Assembly (NCBI GenBank): GCA_963737265.1
Contig: CAVTRY010000011.1
Coordinates: 96,001 to 160,000 of the forward strand
Reading direction: 5' to 3'
Source of the DNA: an uncultured delta proteobacterium
Lineage (GTDB): Bacteria; Myxococcota_A; Polyangia; Fen-1088
Length of the DNA: 64,000 nucleotides
Shown here: positions 30,758 through 40,275 of the stretch, in pieces
Layout of the letters: each line of letters starts with the position of its first letter
Numbering within the stretch: the first letter of the stretch is position 1
Notes under the pieces: generated by a model
Database searches by the model: none
The model's input: only the letters and a program-made list of their open reading frames with translations
What the model was told of the DNA's origin: nothing
Program-made: the position numbers and the translations under genes

Positions 30758-32479
30758 ATGCTGACCATCGAGATCAACGGAAAGAAGCTGGAAGCCGCCA
30801 AGGGCGAGACCATCCTCACGGTCGCGCGCCGCAACGGCATTGAAGTGCCGACCCTGTGCCACATGGAAGGGCTCATGCCGAGCGGCGCCTGCCGCATGTG
30901 CGTAGTCGACGTGGAGGGCTCTGCCAATCTCCTCACGGCGTGCTCGTACCCCGTCGTAGAGGGAATGAAGGTGCGCACGCATTCGCCGCGCGCGCTTGAA
31001 ACCCGCCGCACCATCGTGCAACTACTGCTCGCCAATCACCCGGACGACTGCCTCTACTGCTCGCGCAGCTCGAACTGCGACCTGCAGGCGCTGGCGCGCG
31101 ATCTTGGCATCAGCCGGCGCGAGTACCACGGCTTCAAGAGCAAGCAAATCCTGGACGTCTCGGGACCGTCGCTGGTGCGCGATCCCGAAAAGTGCATCCT
31201 GTGCGGCAAGTGCGTGCGGGTGTGTGAAGATATCCAAGGCGTGTCGGCCATCGACTTCGTCGGCCGCGGCAGCAAGACCGTTATTGGGACCGCGTTCTCG
31301 CGCGGGCTCGCCACCTCAAGCTGCATCAACTGCGGCCAGTGCGTGGTGGTTTGCCCGACTGGCGCGCTCGTCGAACGCTCCTACGTGCCCGAGGTGCTGT
31401 CCGCCCTGCGCGACCCGGACAAGTACCTGGTGGTGCAGCACGCGCCGGCGGTTTCGGTCACGCTGGCCGAGGAATTCGGCGTCGGGCCGGGCAGCGACTG
31501 CGACGGCCAAATGGTGGCCGCGCTTCGCCGCGCCGGCTTCAAGCGCGTGTTCGACACCAGCTTCAGCGCCGACCTCACCATCATGGAAGAGGCGTCCGAG
31601 CTGGTGCAGCGGATTCAGACGGGTGGCAAACTGCCGATGTTCACCAGCTGCTCGCCCGGCTGGATCAAATTCATCGAGGAGTTCTACCCGGACATGCTCG
31701 GACACGTCTCGACGTGCAAGAGCCCGCAGCAGATGTTGGGCGCGGTCATCAAGAGCTACTTCGCCGAACGCGAAGGAATCGACCCGGCCAAGATAGTCAG
31801 CGTGTCCATCATGCCGTGCACGGCCAAGAAGTACGAAGCTGGCCGACCCGAGATGGCGCAAAACTACGTTCCCGACGTGGACTACGTACTTACCACGCGC
31901 GAGGCTGCCCAGCTTTTGCGCATGAGCGGTGTGGGCATGCTTGGCATCGAGCCGGAAATGGCGGACACACCCTTCGGCGAGCGGTCTACGGCAGGCAAAA
32001 TCTTCGGCGCTTCCGGTGGCGTCATGGAGGCCGCCGTTCGCACCGCGCACTGGATGATCACGGGCAAGGAACTGCCCGGACTCGACGTTCAGCCGCTGCG
32101 TGGTTTAGGCGGTGCCAAAGAACTAAAGGCCAACATCGGTGGCATCGAGGTGGGGGCGGCCGTGGTCAGCGGGCTCGCCAATGCCCGCGTGCTCATCGAG
32201 CAGATTCGTGCCGGCCGCAAGGATCTTCACTTCATCGAAGTCATGACCTGTCCTGGTGGTTGCATCAACGGCGGCGGACAACCCCTACATTCAAACAAGG
32301 ACGCGGTCCTGGCGCGCATGAAGAAGCTGTACAACCTGGACCAGAACGGCAGCCTACGCGTCAGCCACGACAACAAGTCAGTCAAACGCCTGTACGAAGA
32401 ATTTCTCGGCGCGCCCCTCGGCGAAAAGAGCCACCATCTTCTGCACACGTATTACGTTGAGAGAGAGGTCTTGGTGTAA
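30758..32479 (+). CDS. hydA: Group A (A3-like) [FeFe]-hydrogenase catalytic subunit HydA
   Basis: Accessory [2Fe-2S], His-ligated and 2x[4Fe-4S] clusters; H-cluster motifs FTSCSPGW, MPCTAKKYE, EVMTCPGGCINGGGQP; IFGASGGVMEAAVRT; C-terminal SHHLLHTYY. Confidence 0.96.
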   Translation: MLTIEINGKKLEAAKGETILTVARRNGIEVPTLCHMEGLMPSGACRMCVVDVEGSANLLTACSYPVVEGMKVRTHSPRALETRRTIVQLLLANHPDDCLYCSRSSNCDLQALARDLGISRREYHGFKSKQILDVSGPSLVRDPEKCILCGKCVRVCEDIQGVSAIDFVGRGSKTVIGTAFSRGLATSSCINCGQCVVVCPTGALVERSYVPEVLSALRDPDKYLVVQHAPAVSVTLAEEFGVGPGSDCDGQMVAALRRAGFKRVFDTSFSADLTIMEEASELVQRIQTGGKLPMFTSCSPGWIKFIEEFYPDMLGHVSTCKSPQQMLGAVIKSYFAEREGIDPAKIVSVSIMPCTAKKYEAGRPEMAQNYVPDVDYVLTTREAAQLLRMSGVGMLGIEPEMADTPFGERSTAGKIFGASGGVMEAAVRTAHWMITGKELPGLDVQPLRGLGGAKELKANIGGIEVGAAVVSGLANARVLIEQIRAGRKDLHFIEVMTCPGGCINGGGQPLHSNKDAVLARMKKLYNLDQNGSLRVSHDNKSVKRLYEEFLGAPLGEKSHHLLHTYYVEREVLV

Positions 32480-32481
32480 CT

Positions 32482-32901
32482 ATGAACGAAGCAAAGACAA
32501 TTCTCGTTGTTGACGACGACCTCGACATCCTGGAACAGTACAGCCTGCTGCTGAAGGCGGACGGCTACAACGTCGTGCAAGCCAGCACCATGGCCGAGGC
32601 GGAAGAAACCATCCTCACGGTGCGCCCGGATCTGGCCATTCTGGATTTGATGATGGATGAAAGGGACGCCGGCTTCGTGCTGTGCAACCAGTTCAAGCGC
32701 ATGTATGCCGGCTTGCCCATCATCATCGTGTCGAACGTTACGCCCATCACGGGGCTCGACTTTCGGCCGCGCAGCCCGGAGGAACATTCGTGGGTGCGGG
32801 CGGATGCGATGCTGAACAAGCCCATTGTCGCCGAGCGCCTGCTCAACGAGGTGCGCCGGCTACTCAACCAGGGCCAGTCCGTCGTCGCCGCCGCACACTA
32901 G
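32482..32901 (+). CDS. Single-domain response regulator (REC only)
   Basis: VVDDD, ILDLMMDERDAG, NKPI; no output domain. Confidence 0.9.
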   Translation: MNEAKTILVVDDDLDILEQYSLLLKADGYNVVQASTMAEAEETILTVRPDLAILDLMMDERDAGFVLCNQFKRMYAGLPIIIVSNVTPITGLDFRPRSPEEHSWVRADAMLNKPIVAERLLNEVRRLLNQGQSVVAAAH

Positions 32902-32959
32902 CGTTCGGGGAGCGCGCGGTAGCTGACGTAGTGGGTGGTACAGCAGCCGGCATGCCAAG

Positions 32960-35029
32960 ATGGGAGTCTCCATGACCATCGCGCGGCCGAGATGCTTTAC
33001 CAAGACCGTGAAGGATCGCTGCCACGTCTGCTACACCTGCGTGCGTGGTTGTCCGGCCAAGGCCATCCGCATCCTGGATCGCCAGGCCGAGATCGTCGAG
33101 GATCGCTGTATCGGCTGCGGCAACTGCGTGCGGGTGTGCGGACGCGGCGCGAAGACTGTGGTCAACACCATTCCCGAGGTCGAGGCGCTGCTGGCCAGCC
33201 AGCCGCGCGTGGCGGCACTAGTCGCCCCCAGTTTTCCCGCGGAATTCCACGATCTGCTTGGGCACAAAGACGGGGACGTGTTGGTCGGGACGTTGGTCGG
33301 GATGTTGCGCAAGCTTGGCTTCGCTCTCGTCACCGAGGTCGGCTTCGGCGCCGACTTGGTCGCGCGGGGCTACCGAGAATTGCTCCACACCCGCGCGCCG
33401 GGACAACGCTATGTCGCCACCACCTGTCCTGCCGTGGTCGGCTATGTAGAGCGCTATTGGCCGGGGCTGGTCGACAATCTTGCGCCCATCGTCTCACCCA
33501 TGGTGGCCATGGCGAGAGTGTTGCGCGAAATCCACGGTCACGACCTGCGCACGGTTTTCATCGGTCCGTGCTTGGCCAAGAAAGTCGAAGCCAGCATGAG
33601 CGAGCTTGAAGGCGAAGTGGACGCGGTCATTACCTTCGCCGAGCTACGCACGATGTTCCTGTCCCACGGTATCGAGGCAGCCGCGGTCCCTCCGAGCGAC
33701 TTCGATCCGCCTCATCCCGGTACCGGCACGCTGTTCCCGCTTAACCGAGGATTGTTCCAGGCCGCGGGTATTAGCGAGGATCTGTCGACGACCGATGTGG
33801 TTGCCGCTCATGGCGGAACGTCGGCGTTTGTGACCGCTATCGAGGAATTCGCGAGTGGCGACCTTGACGCCGGTTTGGTCGAAATGCTGTGTTGCAATGG
33901 TTGTGTTTCGGGGCCAGGCATGACCGCGCACGAAAAGCCATTTCGCCGTCGGGCACGCGTGGCCACCTACGCCAACGATTCCAAGCGCAGGCGCGACGAG
34001 GACGAGTGGAAGCGGCAGATGACTCGATTCGCCGAGATCGACCTGTCGCGAACCTTTCACGCCTTCGACCAGCGGACAGCGACACCGTCCGAGGAAGAAA
34101 TTCGCACCATCTTGCGTGGCATGGGCAAGGAAGAACCAGCCGACGAGCTTGACTGCAAGGCGTGCGGGTACGCCACCTGCCGCGAACATGCGGTCGCCAT
34201 CTACCGCGGGTTGGCGGAAAGCCAGATGTGTCTGCCCTACGTCATCGATCAGTTCGACCATACGGTCAGGCAGTTGTCCGAATCGAACCAGCAACTCGAA
34301 AGCACGCAAGAACAGCTCATGCATTCCGAGCGCCTGGCCAGCATGGGCCAACTTGCCGCGGGCGTGGCCCATGAGCTCAACAATCCCCTTGGCGTGGTGT
34401 TACTCTACGCCCACCTGCTGCGCGATGAAGCCGGCGAGTCGTCGAACATGCGCAAAGAGCTGACCCTCATTAGTGATCAGGCCACGCGCTGCAAACGTAT
34501 CGTTTCCGATCTGCTCGATTTTGCGCGCGAGAACAAACTGCTTCTGGAGCCAATTGGCGTCGAAGAGCTAATCAAAAGAAGCCTGGCGGGCCTTCTCGTG
34601 CCACCGTCGATCAAGACCGTTTTCGAGTTTGGTCACGCGCATCCAGAATGCGAGGTCGATCCGGCCCAAATGATCCAAGTCCTCACCAACCTCTACAGCA
34701 ATGCCTTCGCGGCCATGTCCGACGAAGGGACGCTCACCATCGCAACCCACGAGGAAGGGGAGCGATTGGTGATCAGCGTGGCCGACACGGGCACCGGAAT
34801 CACCCCCGAGAACATGAAACACATCTTTCAGCCGTTCTTCACCACCAAGCAGATCGGCAAGGGCACCGGCCTCGGCCTGGCCGTGGTGTACGGCATCGTG
34901 AAGATGCATCGGGGCGACATCAGCATCGAATCCAACGCCGATCCCACCCGCGGTCCGACCTGGACGCGCTTCAAGGTGTCGTTCCCGCACAACCCGGCGA
35001 TGAACAATGCCGAGGCGAGACTGGGCTGA
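32960..35029 (+). CDS. Sensory (group C, histidine-kinase-linked) [FeFe]-hydrogenase fused to HisKA/HATPase
   Basis: 2x[4Fe-4S] (CHVCYTCVRGCP, CIGCGNCVRVC); H-domain APSF, ATTCPAVV, GPCLAKKVE, EMLCCNGCVSGPG; extra Fe-S domain DCKACGYATC…MCLP; H-box AHELNNP, DTGTGI, FFTTK…GTGLGL. Confidence 0.9.
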   Translation: MGVSMTIARPRCFTKTVKDRCHVCYTCVRGCPAKAIRILDRQAEIVEDRCIGCGNCVRVCGRGAKTVVNTIPEVEALLASQPRVAALVAPSFPAEFHDLLGHKDGDVLVGTLVGMLRKLGFALVTEVGFGADLVARGYRELLHTRAPGQRYVATTCPAVVGYVERYWPGLVDNLAPIVSPMVAMARVLREIHGHDLRTVFIGPCLAKKVEASMSELEGEVDAVITFAELRTMFLSHGIEAAAVPPSDFDPPHPGTGTLFPLNRGLFQAAGISEDLSTTDVVAAHGGTSAFVTAIEEFASGDLDAGLVEMLCCNGCVSGPGMTAHEKPFRRRARVATYANDSKRRRDEDEWKRQMTRFAEIDLSRTFHAFDQRTATPSEEEIRTILRGMGKEEPADELDCKACGYATCREHAVAIYRGLAESQMCLPYVIDQFDHTVRQLSESNQQLESTQEQLMHSERLASMGQLAAGVAHELNNPLGVVLLYAHLLRDEAGESSNMRKELTLISDQATRCKRIVSDLLDFARENKLLLEPIGVEELIKRSLAGLLVPPSIKTVFEFGHAHPECEVDPAQMIQVLTNLYSNAFAAMSDEGTLTIATHEEGERLVISVADTGTGITPENMKHIFQPFFTTKQIGKGTGLGLAVVYGIVKMHRGDISIESNADPTRGPTWTRFKVSFPHNPAMNNAEARLG

Positions 35030-36174
35030 TGGGCGAGCGGCTGCGCATCCTCGTCACCGACGATGAAGAAGGAATTCGTTTGGGCGTGGCGCGCGTACTT
35101 GAGAAGTTCGTCGCGAGCTTTCCCGACATTGATGCCGAGATCGCCTACGACATCGAGACCGCGGCCAGCGGCGAGGACGCGGTCGAGCGTCTGCGCGACG
35201 CGCCACCCGACATCCTGCTTCTCGATCTGAAACTGCCCGGCATGGGTGGGCTCGATGTCCTACGCGAAGCCCGCGCCCTCGATCCGCCGGTGCTCACCGT
35301 TATGATCACCGCCTTCGCCTCGGTGACTACCGCGGTCGAGGCCACGCGGGGTGGAACCTTCGATTTTCTGCCCAAGCCGTTCACGCCGAACGAAATCCGC
35401 GGCGTCGTCCGCCGCGCCACGCGCGACCTCGTCCTCAGCCGCCAGGCTCGGAAATTGGCGACCGAGCAACGTCGCACGCGTTTTGAAATCATCAGCGTGC
35501 TCGCGCATGAGCTGAAGGCGCCGCTCGGCGTGGTCGAAGGATACTTGGCGTCAATTCTCGATGGCGTGGTTTCCGACGAGGCCACGTTGCGCCGGGTGGT
35601 CAGCCGCTCGATTGCCAGAATTCAAGGTATGCGCCAGCTCATCTTCGATTTGCTCGACGTGACCCGGCTAGAAGCCGGGATGAAGGCGCGGGTGTTGGAG
35701 CCGGTGCAGCTGGCTGAAGTCGCGCGCGAGTGCATGGATGCGTTGCGAACGCAGGCTGAAGCCAAGAAGGTGTCGATGGAGCTGGGCGGCGCTGCCGACG
35801 TCGAGCTGGTCGCGGTCCGGGGCGAGGTGGAGATCGTGCTCAACAACCTGCTGACCAACGCCATCAAGTACAACCGCGAAGGCGGCAGCGTGCGCGTCGA
35901 CTTGAATCGACACGACGATCACGTCGAGATCGCCGTGCGCGACACCGGCATCGGTCTTTCGCACGAAGAGGCGGGCAAGGTGTTCAATGATTTCGTGCGC
36001 ATCAAGAACAGCAAGACGCGCGGGATCGAAGGATCGGGGCTAGGATTGGCCACGGTCAAGCGCATCGCGGGCATGTATCATGGCGTGGCCACGGTAAGCT
36101 CGGAGCCGGACCAAGGAAGCACCTTCATCGTTACCCTCAAGGCCGCAGCGCCAGAAAAGATCGCGCAACCATGA
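35029..36174 (+). CDS. Hybrid REC-histidine kinase
   Basis: ILVTDDE, LLDLKLPG, PKPF, then AHELKAP, NLLTNAIKY, DTGIG, GSGLGL; TGATG overlap with the sensory hydrogenase. Confidence 0.92.
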   Translation: MGERLRILVTDDEEGIRLGVARVLEKFVASFPDIDAEIAYDIETAASGEDAVERLRDAPPDILLLDLKLPGMGGLDVLREARALDPPVLTVMITAFASVTTAVEATRGGTFDFLPKPFTPNEIRGVVRRATRDLVLSRQARKLATEQRRTRFEIISVLAHELKAPLGVVEGYLASILDGVVSDEATLRRVVSRSIARIQGMRQLIFDLLDVTRLEAGMKARVLEPVQLAEVARECMDALRTQAEAKKVSMELGGAADVELVAVRGEVEIVLNNLLTNAIKYNREGGSVRVDLNRHDDHVEIAVRDTGIGLSHEEAGKVFNDFVRIKNSKTRGIEGSGLGLATVKRIAGMYHGVATVSSEPDQGSTFIVTLKAAAPEKIAQP

Positions 36175-36434
36175 AAGATCACCGCATCGTTGGAATTCAC
36201 GTCACCGATCGCGCCACCCACGCGGGCGAGGTGCAACAGATCCTGAGCAAATACGCAAAGAACATCCGCACCCGTCTCGGTCTGCACGAGACGAACGAAG
36301 ACGCCGCATCGCCGAATGGCCTCATCCTCATCGAGGCCGTCGGCAGCAACAAAGAGATTGACGAGCTTTCTGACGAGCTGCGCCGCCTGAAAGGCGTCCA
36401 GGTGCAGAGCATGTTCTTTTCCCATCCCGAATAG
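36171..36434 (+). CDS. Small ACT/NikR-C-like protein related to the TM1266 iron-only hydrogenase system regulator family
   Basis: IVGIHVTDR…VQQILSKY…IRTRLGLHE…GLILIE…LKGVQVQSM; ATGA-coupled at the end of an [FeFe] operon. Confidence 0.75.
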   Translation: MKDHRIVGIHVTDRATHAGEVQQILSKYAKNIRTRLGLHETNEDAASPNGLILIEAVGSNKEIDELSDELRRLKGVQVQSMFFSHPE

Positions 36435-36445
36435 CTAAGTTAGGG

Positions 36446-36985
36446 TTAGAAGAGAAGGATCGCGCCTTCCTTGAGGGCCGACTCGGTTTCGTCGGATCGA
36501 CTTTCCGCGAGCCGGAAGTTAGGCTTGACGTCAAGTTCGAGCCAGCATTCGAGGACCATGCCGTCGACGGCAAATAGGATCGGAGACCAAGCGGCCTGAC
36601 AGATGGACGCAAGGTCCAGTAGCTCGGCCAGTGCGCTCAACGGCACGCCGAATTTCACCCTCGCTCCATACGCCGCCAACCGGTTGCGAAAGCGCCCGAC
36701 AGCTTGATTGACCATCTCGCACGCCCAGTCGTCCAGGTCGCGCGGAATCGCACTCGGTTGCAAGGGATGAAGTCGAGAAAACAACTCACTCGGCGCCGCG
36801 AGAGTGAGCGAGCCCCGTACTTCCTCGTTGCCGAACGAGGAGAATGCGGCGGTGCCATCACCGATGGGTCGCGGCGGGCGTGACCCCGTAAGCCTCACGG
36901 CCTGGACTCCCAAGTCGCTGAGCATCTCCGCCGCGCAGTCCGAGAATATCTCAGCCAGTCGCGTTTCGCTGGACTCGACGGGCAT
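36446..36985 (-). CDS. CheX/CheC-like phosphatase domain protein
   Basis: F-G…RGSLTL; DWACEMVNQAVGRFRNRL (ExxN motif); GVP. Confidence 0.65.
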   Translation of the reverse strand: MPVESSETRLAEIFSDCAAEMLSDLGVQAVRLTGSRPPRPIGDGTAAFSSFGNEEVRGSLTLAAPSELFSRLHPLQPSAIPRDLDDWACEMVNQAVGRFRNRLAAYGARVKFGVPLSALAELLDLASICQAAWSPILFAVDGMVLECWLELDVKPNFRLAESRSDETESALKEGAILLF

Positions 36986-37252
36986 TACCACCTCTGCAGG
37001 GATAGGTCGGCGGGAACGGAGCTCCACTTGAGAACCCAATGCGGATCGGAAAGTCGCCGCGCGCCGCGGCCCCAAGAGTTCGCGTCTGGCCCCAGAAAAA
37101 ACGCCGAGTCTGTCTCTGGTGCGTGCGGATAATGCATGGAGACCATGCTGTTCGGCCATGTTGGGCGAAGAGGTGGATCGGCCGCGTTCCGTTGCACCGA
37201 GTATCGATCATCTCCAAGGCAGCCCGTCAGCACCATGCGTAGCCGCGCGCCG

Positions 37253-37777
37253 CTATCCCCAGCGTTCGCCCGCGAAATACAGCCCGGCGAAGACCTTGGC
37301 CGCGATAATCAGACCTTTTTGCTCCTGATCTCGTAGCCAGTTGCGGACCTCGTCGAGAGGGATCTCGTGCACGACGATGGCCTCGTTGTCGATGCCGCCG
37401 CCCGGACCGACGCGTTCGAGATTCCAGGCAAGGACGATGTGAACCAACTCGTTGGCCATGCCGGGTGAGGTCGCCGTGCTGGCCACCAGCTCCAGATTGC
37501 GCGCCGAAAAGCCGGTCTCCTCGACCAACTCGCGGCCAGCGGCAACCAGCGGGCCCTCGTCCTGCTGGCCGGCTTCATCGCCGATGAGGCCGGCCGGAAA
37601 TTCGATGACCTTGCGGCCAAGGGGGATGCGGAACTGCTCGACCAATACCAGGCGGCGCTCGGCGGTCAGCGGCACGATGCTGACCACGCCCTTGGAATTG
37701 GGCCGCTCGACGAAGAACCAGCCCGAGCGCTCGATCATGCGCAGAAAACGCGTGTCGGCGAGAATGCGATCGGCCAT
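37253..37777 (-). CDS. NUDIX hydrolase (ADP-ribose pyrophosphatase-like)
   Basis: VEQFRIP, EFPAGLI…AAGRELVEETG Nudix box, TSPG. Confidence 0.9.
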   Translation of the reverse strand: MADRILADTRFLRMIERSGWFFVERPNSKGVVSIVPLTAERRLVLVEQFRIPLGRKVIEFPAGLIGDEAGQQDEGPLVAAGRELVEETGFSARNLELVASTATSPGMANELVHIVLAWNLERVGPGGGIDNEAIVVHEIPLDEVRNWLRDQEQKGLIIAAKVFAGLYFAGERWG

Positions 37778-37789
37778 GACTGGCGCCGC

Positions 37790-38701
37790 CTAGCGACCCA
37801 ATTCTTCGTCGATCCAGTCGCGCAGACTGGCGATATCGAGCGGGTCGTTGTACTTGCGTCCGTTGATGTAGACGGTAGGCGTGGCGTTGATGCCAAGGTC
37901 GCTGCCCTCGGACTTGTCCTGTTCGACGCGCGCCTTGACGTCTTCGGCGTCCAGGTCGAGGCGCCAGCGCTTGACGTCAAGGCCGCCATCTTTGGCTGCC
38001 TTTTCCATTCCGGCGGGGGTCAGGTTTTCCGAAATGGCCCAAATCTTCTCGTTGAAAGGCCAGAACTTGCCCTGTTTGTGCGCAGCCACCGCCCCCTCGG
38101 CGGCAAGGCGGGCGTTGGGGTGGGAGCTGAGAGGGTAGTGCTTGAAATACACCTTCAGGTCGTTCGGGTATTCGTCCACCAGCTGGCGTATCAGGGTCTG
38201 GGCGTGTTTGCAGTGCGGGCACTCGTAGTCGACGAATTCCACGATGGAAACACGGCCGGATGTCGCGCCCTTGCTGGGGGCCGCTGACACGTCGAGGTTG
38301 GTAACGCGTCGCGTGCGAAATCGCTTTTCCAGCTTTTCTCCAATCTCGGAGTCGGTGAATCCGGAATCGACAAGGTGCGCGACGTAGCGGACAGCGTAGA
38401 ACGACGCGCGGCATGCGCCGTCGTGCTTGACGGAATAGATGAGACTGTGACCCTTGCCGCAGGCCGAGGGCTCGCTGTTGACGATCCGGTAGAAGACCTT
38501 GCGTTCGAACTCGTCCAGCTTGCCGAGGTCGATGCCGGGCGGCGGTGTGTTGTCCTCGCCCGAGGGAGCGCTGGCCTTTTCGCTCGGAAGGGCCGGCGCG
38601 GCCTGGGCCGAATGGATTGGGCTGTGCCCGGACCATGCGCATGCGGCGATGAATACCGTTGTCGAGAGGAGCCATCGGCGCGTTCGTGAGGACATCATCA
38701 A
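37790..38701 (-). CDS. Exported DsbA-family thiol-disulfide oxidoreductase
   Basis: Signal peptide; VEFVDYECPHC, KHYPL, cis-Pro GINATPTVYING. Confidence 0.88.
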   Translation of the reverse strand: MMMSSRTRRWLLSTTVFIAACAWSGHSPIHSAQAAPALPSEKASAPSGEDNTPPPGIDLGKLDEFERKVFYRIVNSEPSACGKGHSLIYSVKHDGACRASFYAVRYVAHLVDSGFTDSEIGEKLEKRFRTRRVTNLDVSAAPSKGATSGRVSIVEFVDYECPHCKHAQTLIRQLVDEYPNDLKVYFKHYPLSSHPNARLAAEGAVAAHKQGKFWPFNEKIWAISENLTPAGMEKAAKDGGLDVKRWRLDLDAEDVKARVEQDKSEGSDLGINATPTVYINGRKYNDPLDIASLRDWIDEELGR

Positions 38702-38816
38702 GGCACAGATTAGGAACCCGAACGCTTTTAGTCAAACCGTGAACGCAACTCCTCATTTGACGTCGCGACATCCACCGGACAGTATGTAGCACCGTCGAAC
38801 ACAACGGGCCGAAAGC

Positions 38817-39218
38817 ATGGGTTCTGACTACATCGCCGTCGCACTCGCCATCCTCGTCAGCGGGGGTGTAGCCCTTCAGTTTCTGGCGCTGGCGAAATTT
38901 CTTGGCGAGCGGCGCTACAGCGCGGCCAAGAACATTACCTATGAGGCAGGGTCAGATCCGGTCGGCGATCCGCGCGCCCACTTTCCGGTCCGCTTCTACC
39001 CGCTCGCCATCCTTTTCGTGGTGTTCGACATCGAAACCGCGTTTCTCTATCCCTGGGCCGTCAACTACCGACAGCTTTCGTGCGCCGGCACCCTGCGTGC
39101 AGGGGTGTGCGCGGCCGGCACTTCCATGATCGGGCTCGGAGCCGCGGCGGCCTTCATGGTGATTCTGCTCGTCGCCCTTGTCTACGCGTGGCGAAGGGGC
39201 GTCATTGGCTGGGGCTAG
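38817..39218 (+). CDS. nuoA: NADH-quinone oxidoreductase subunit A
   Basis: YEAGSDP, FYPLAILFVVFDIETAFLYPWA, YAWRRGVIGW. Confidence 0.93.
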   Translation: MGSDYIAVALAILVSGGVALQFLALAKFLGERRYSAAKNITYEAGSDPVGDPRAHFPVRFYPLAILFVVFDIETAFLYPWAVNYRQLSCAGTLRAGVCAAGTSMIGLGAAAAFMVILLVALVYAWRRGVIGWG

Positions 39219-39224
39219 CCAAAC

Positions 39225-39761
39225 ATGCCACTGACATTTTACAGCTCGAAGCTTGCCGACGCCGTCAACTGGGCGCGCAAGTATTCACTCTTCCAGTATC
39301 CCTTCGTCACCGCGTGCTGCGGAATGGAGTTCATGGCCTTGTGGGCGCCCAAGTACGATATCGGACGATTTGGCGCCGAATTTCCGCGGTTTTCGCCGCG
39401 GCAGGCCGATTTGCTCATCATCGTGGGTACCATCACCGAACGTCAGGCGCCGGTTCTTCGTCGCATCTACGACCAGATGTGCGAGCCCAAGTGGGTGATT
39501 GCCTTCGGGGTGTGTGCGTCGACCGGCGGCTTCTATCAGAACTACTCGGTCATGCCGGGCGCGGATCAGGTGATCCCAGTGGACGTGTACGTGCCTGGCT
39601 GTCCGCCCCGGCCCGAACAGGCACTCGATGCCCTGATGATCCTGCAGGACCGTATCCAGCGCGGGGAAGGTCACAGCCAGGTCGCGCTGAAACAGGAGAA
39701 GGGCTTTGACGTGCCCCTGGCGTCGATTCGGCCATCCCAGCGACATGGGGGAGGGGCCTAA
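39225..39761 (+). CDS. nuoB: NADH-quinone oxidoreductase subunit B
   Basis: TACCGMEF, SPRQAD, GVCASTGG, DVYVPGCPPRPE. Confidence 0.95.
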   Translation: MPLTFYSSKLADAVNWARKYSLFQYPFVTACCGMEFMALWAPKYDIGRFGAEFPRFSPRQADLLIIVGTITERQAPVLRRIYDQMCEPKWVIAFGVCASTGGFYQNYSVMPGADQVIPVDVYVPGCPPRPEQALDALMILQDRIQRGEGHSQVALKQEKGFDVPLASIRPSQRHGGGA

Positions 39762-39781
39762 ACGCACGGGCCCAAACAACG

Positions 39782-40273
39782 ATGGCCAAGATTATCCTCG
39801 ACAGACTGAATGAGCGCTTCGCCGCCGGCGGCCTGCTAGAAACGGGCTCGCAGCACGGCAACGAGTGGGCGCGGGTGGCTCCGGATGCATGGCGCGTGGT
39901 GGCCGAGTTTCTGCGTGACGATCCGCAGGCGCGTATGGACATGTTCGTGGATTTGACGTGCGTGGACCGTCTACCACGGCAGCCCCGTTTCGATGTCGTC
40001 CTCCATCTCTACTCGCTTGAGAAGAAGCACCGGGTCCGCCTGTACGCCGGGCTTTCGGACAAAGACCCGACCTTAGCCAGCCTGGTTCCGGTATGGCCGG
40101 GCGCCAACTGGTTCGAGCGCGAGGCCTACGACATGTACGGCGTGCGTTTCGATGGGCACCCCGATTTGCGGCGTATTTTGATGTACCCGGAATTTCAGGG
40201 CTACCCATTGCGCAAAGACTATCCCAAGGAAAAGCGCCAGCCGCTCTTGCGTCGTCTTCCGGGGAGCGTGTGA
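39782..40273 (+). CDS. nuoC: NADH-quinone oxidoreductase subunit C
   Basis: ANWFEREAYDMYGVRFDGHPDLRRIL…GYPLRKDYP. Confidence 0.95.
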   Translation: MAKIILDRLNERFAAGGLLETGSQHGNEWARVAPDAWRVVAEFLRDDPQARMDMFVDLTCVDRLPRQPRFDVVLHLYSLEKKHRVRLYAGLSDKDPTLASLVPVWPGANWFEREAYDMYGVRFDGHPDLRRILMYPEFQGYPLRKDYPKEKRQPLLRRLPGSV

Positions 40274-40275
40274 CC

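Noticed and set aside
19232-32050. Long antisense ORFs (e.g. 19232-20620, 22071-23465, 28411-30324)
   Set aside because: Shadow ORFs expected from high GC3 codon bias opposite well-supported genes; no motifs
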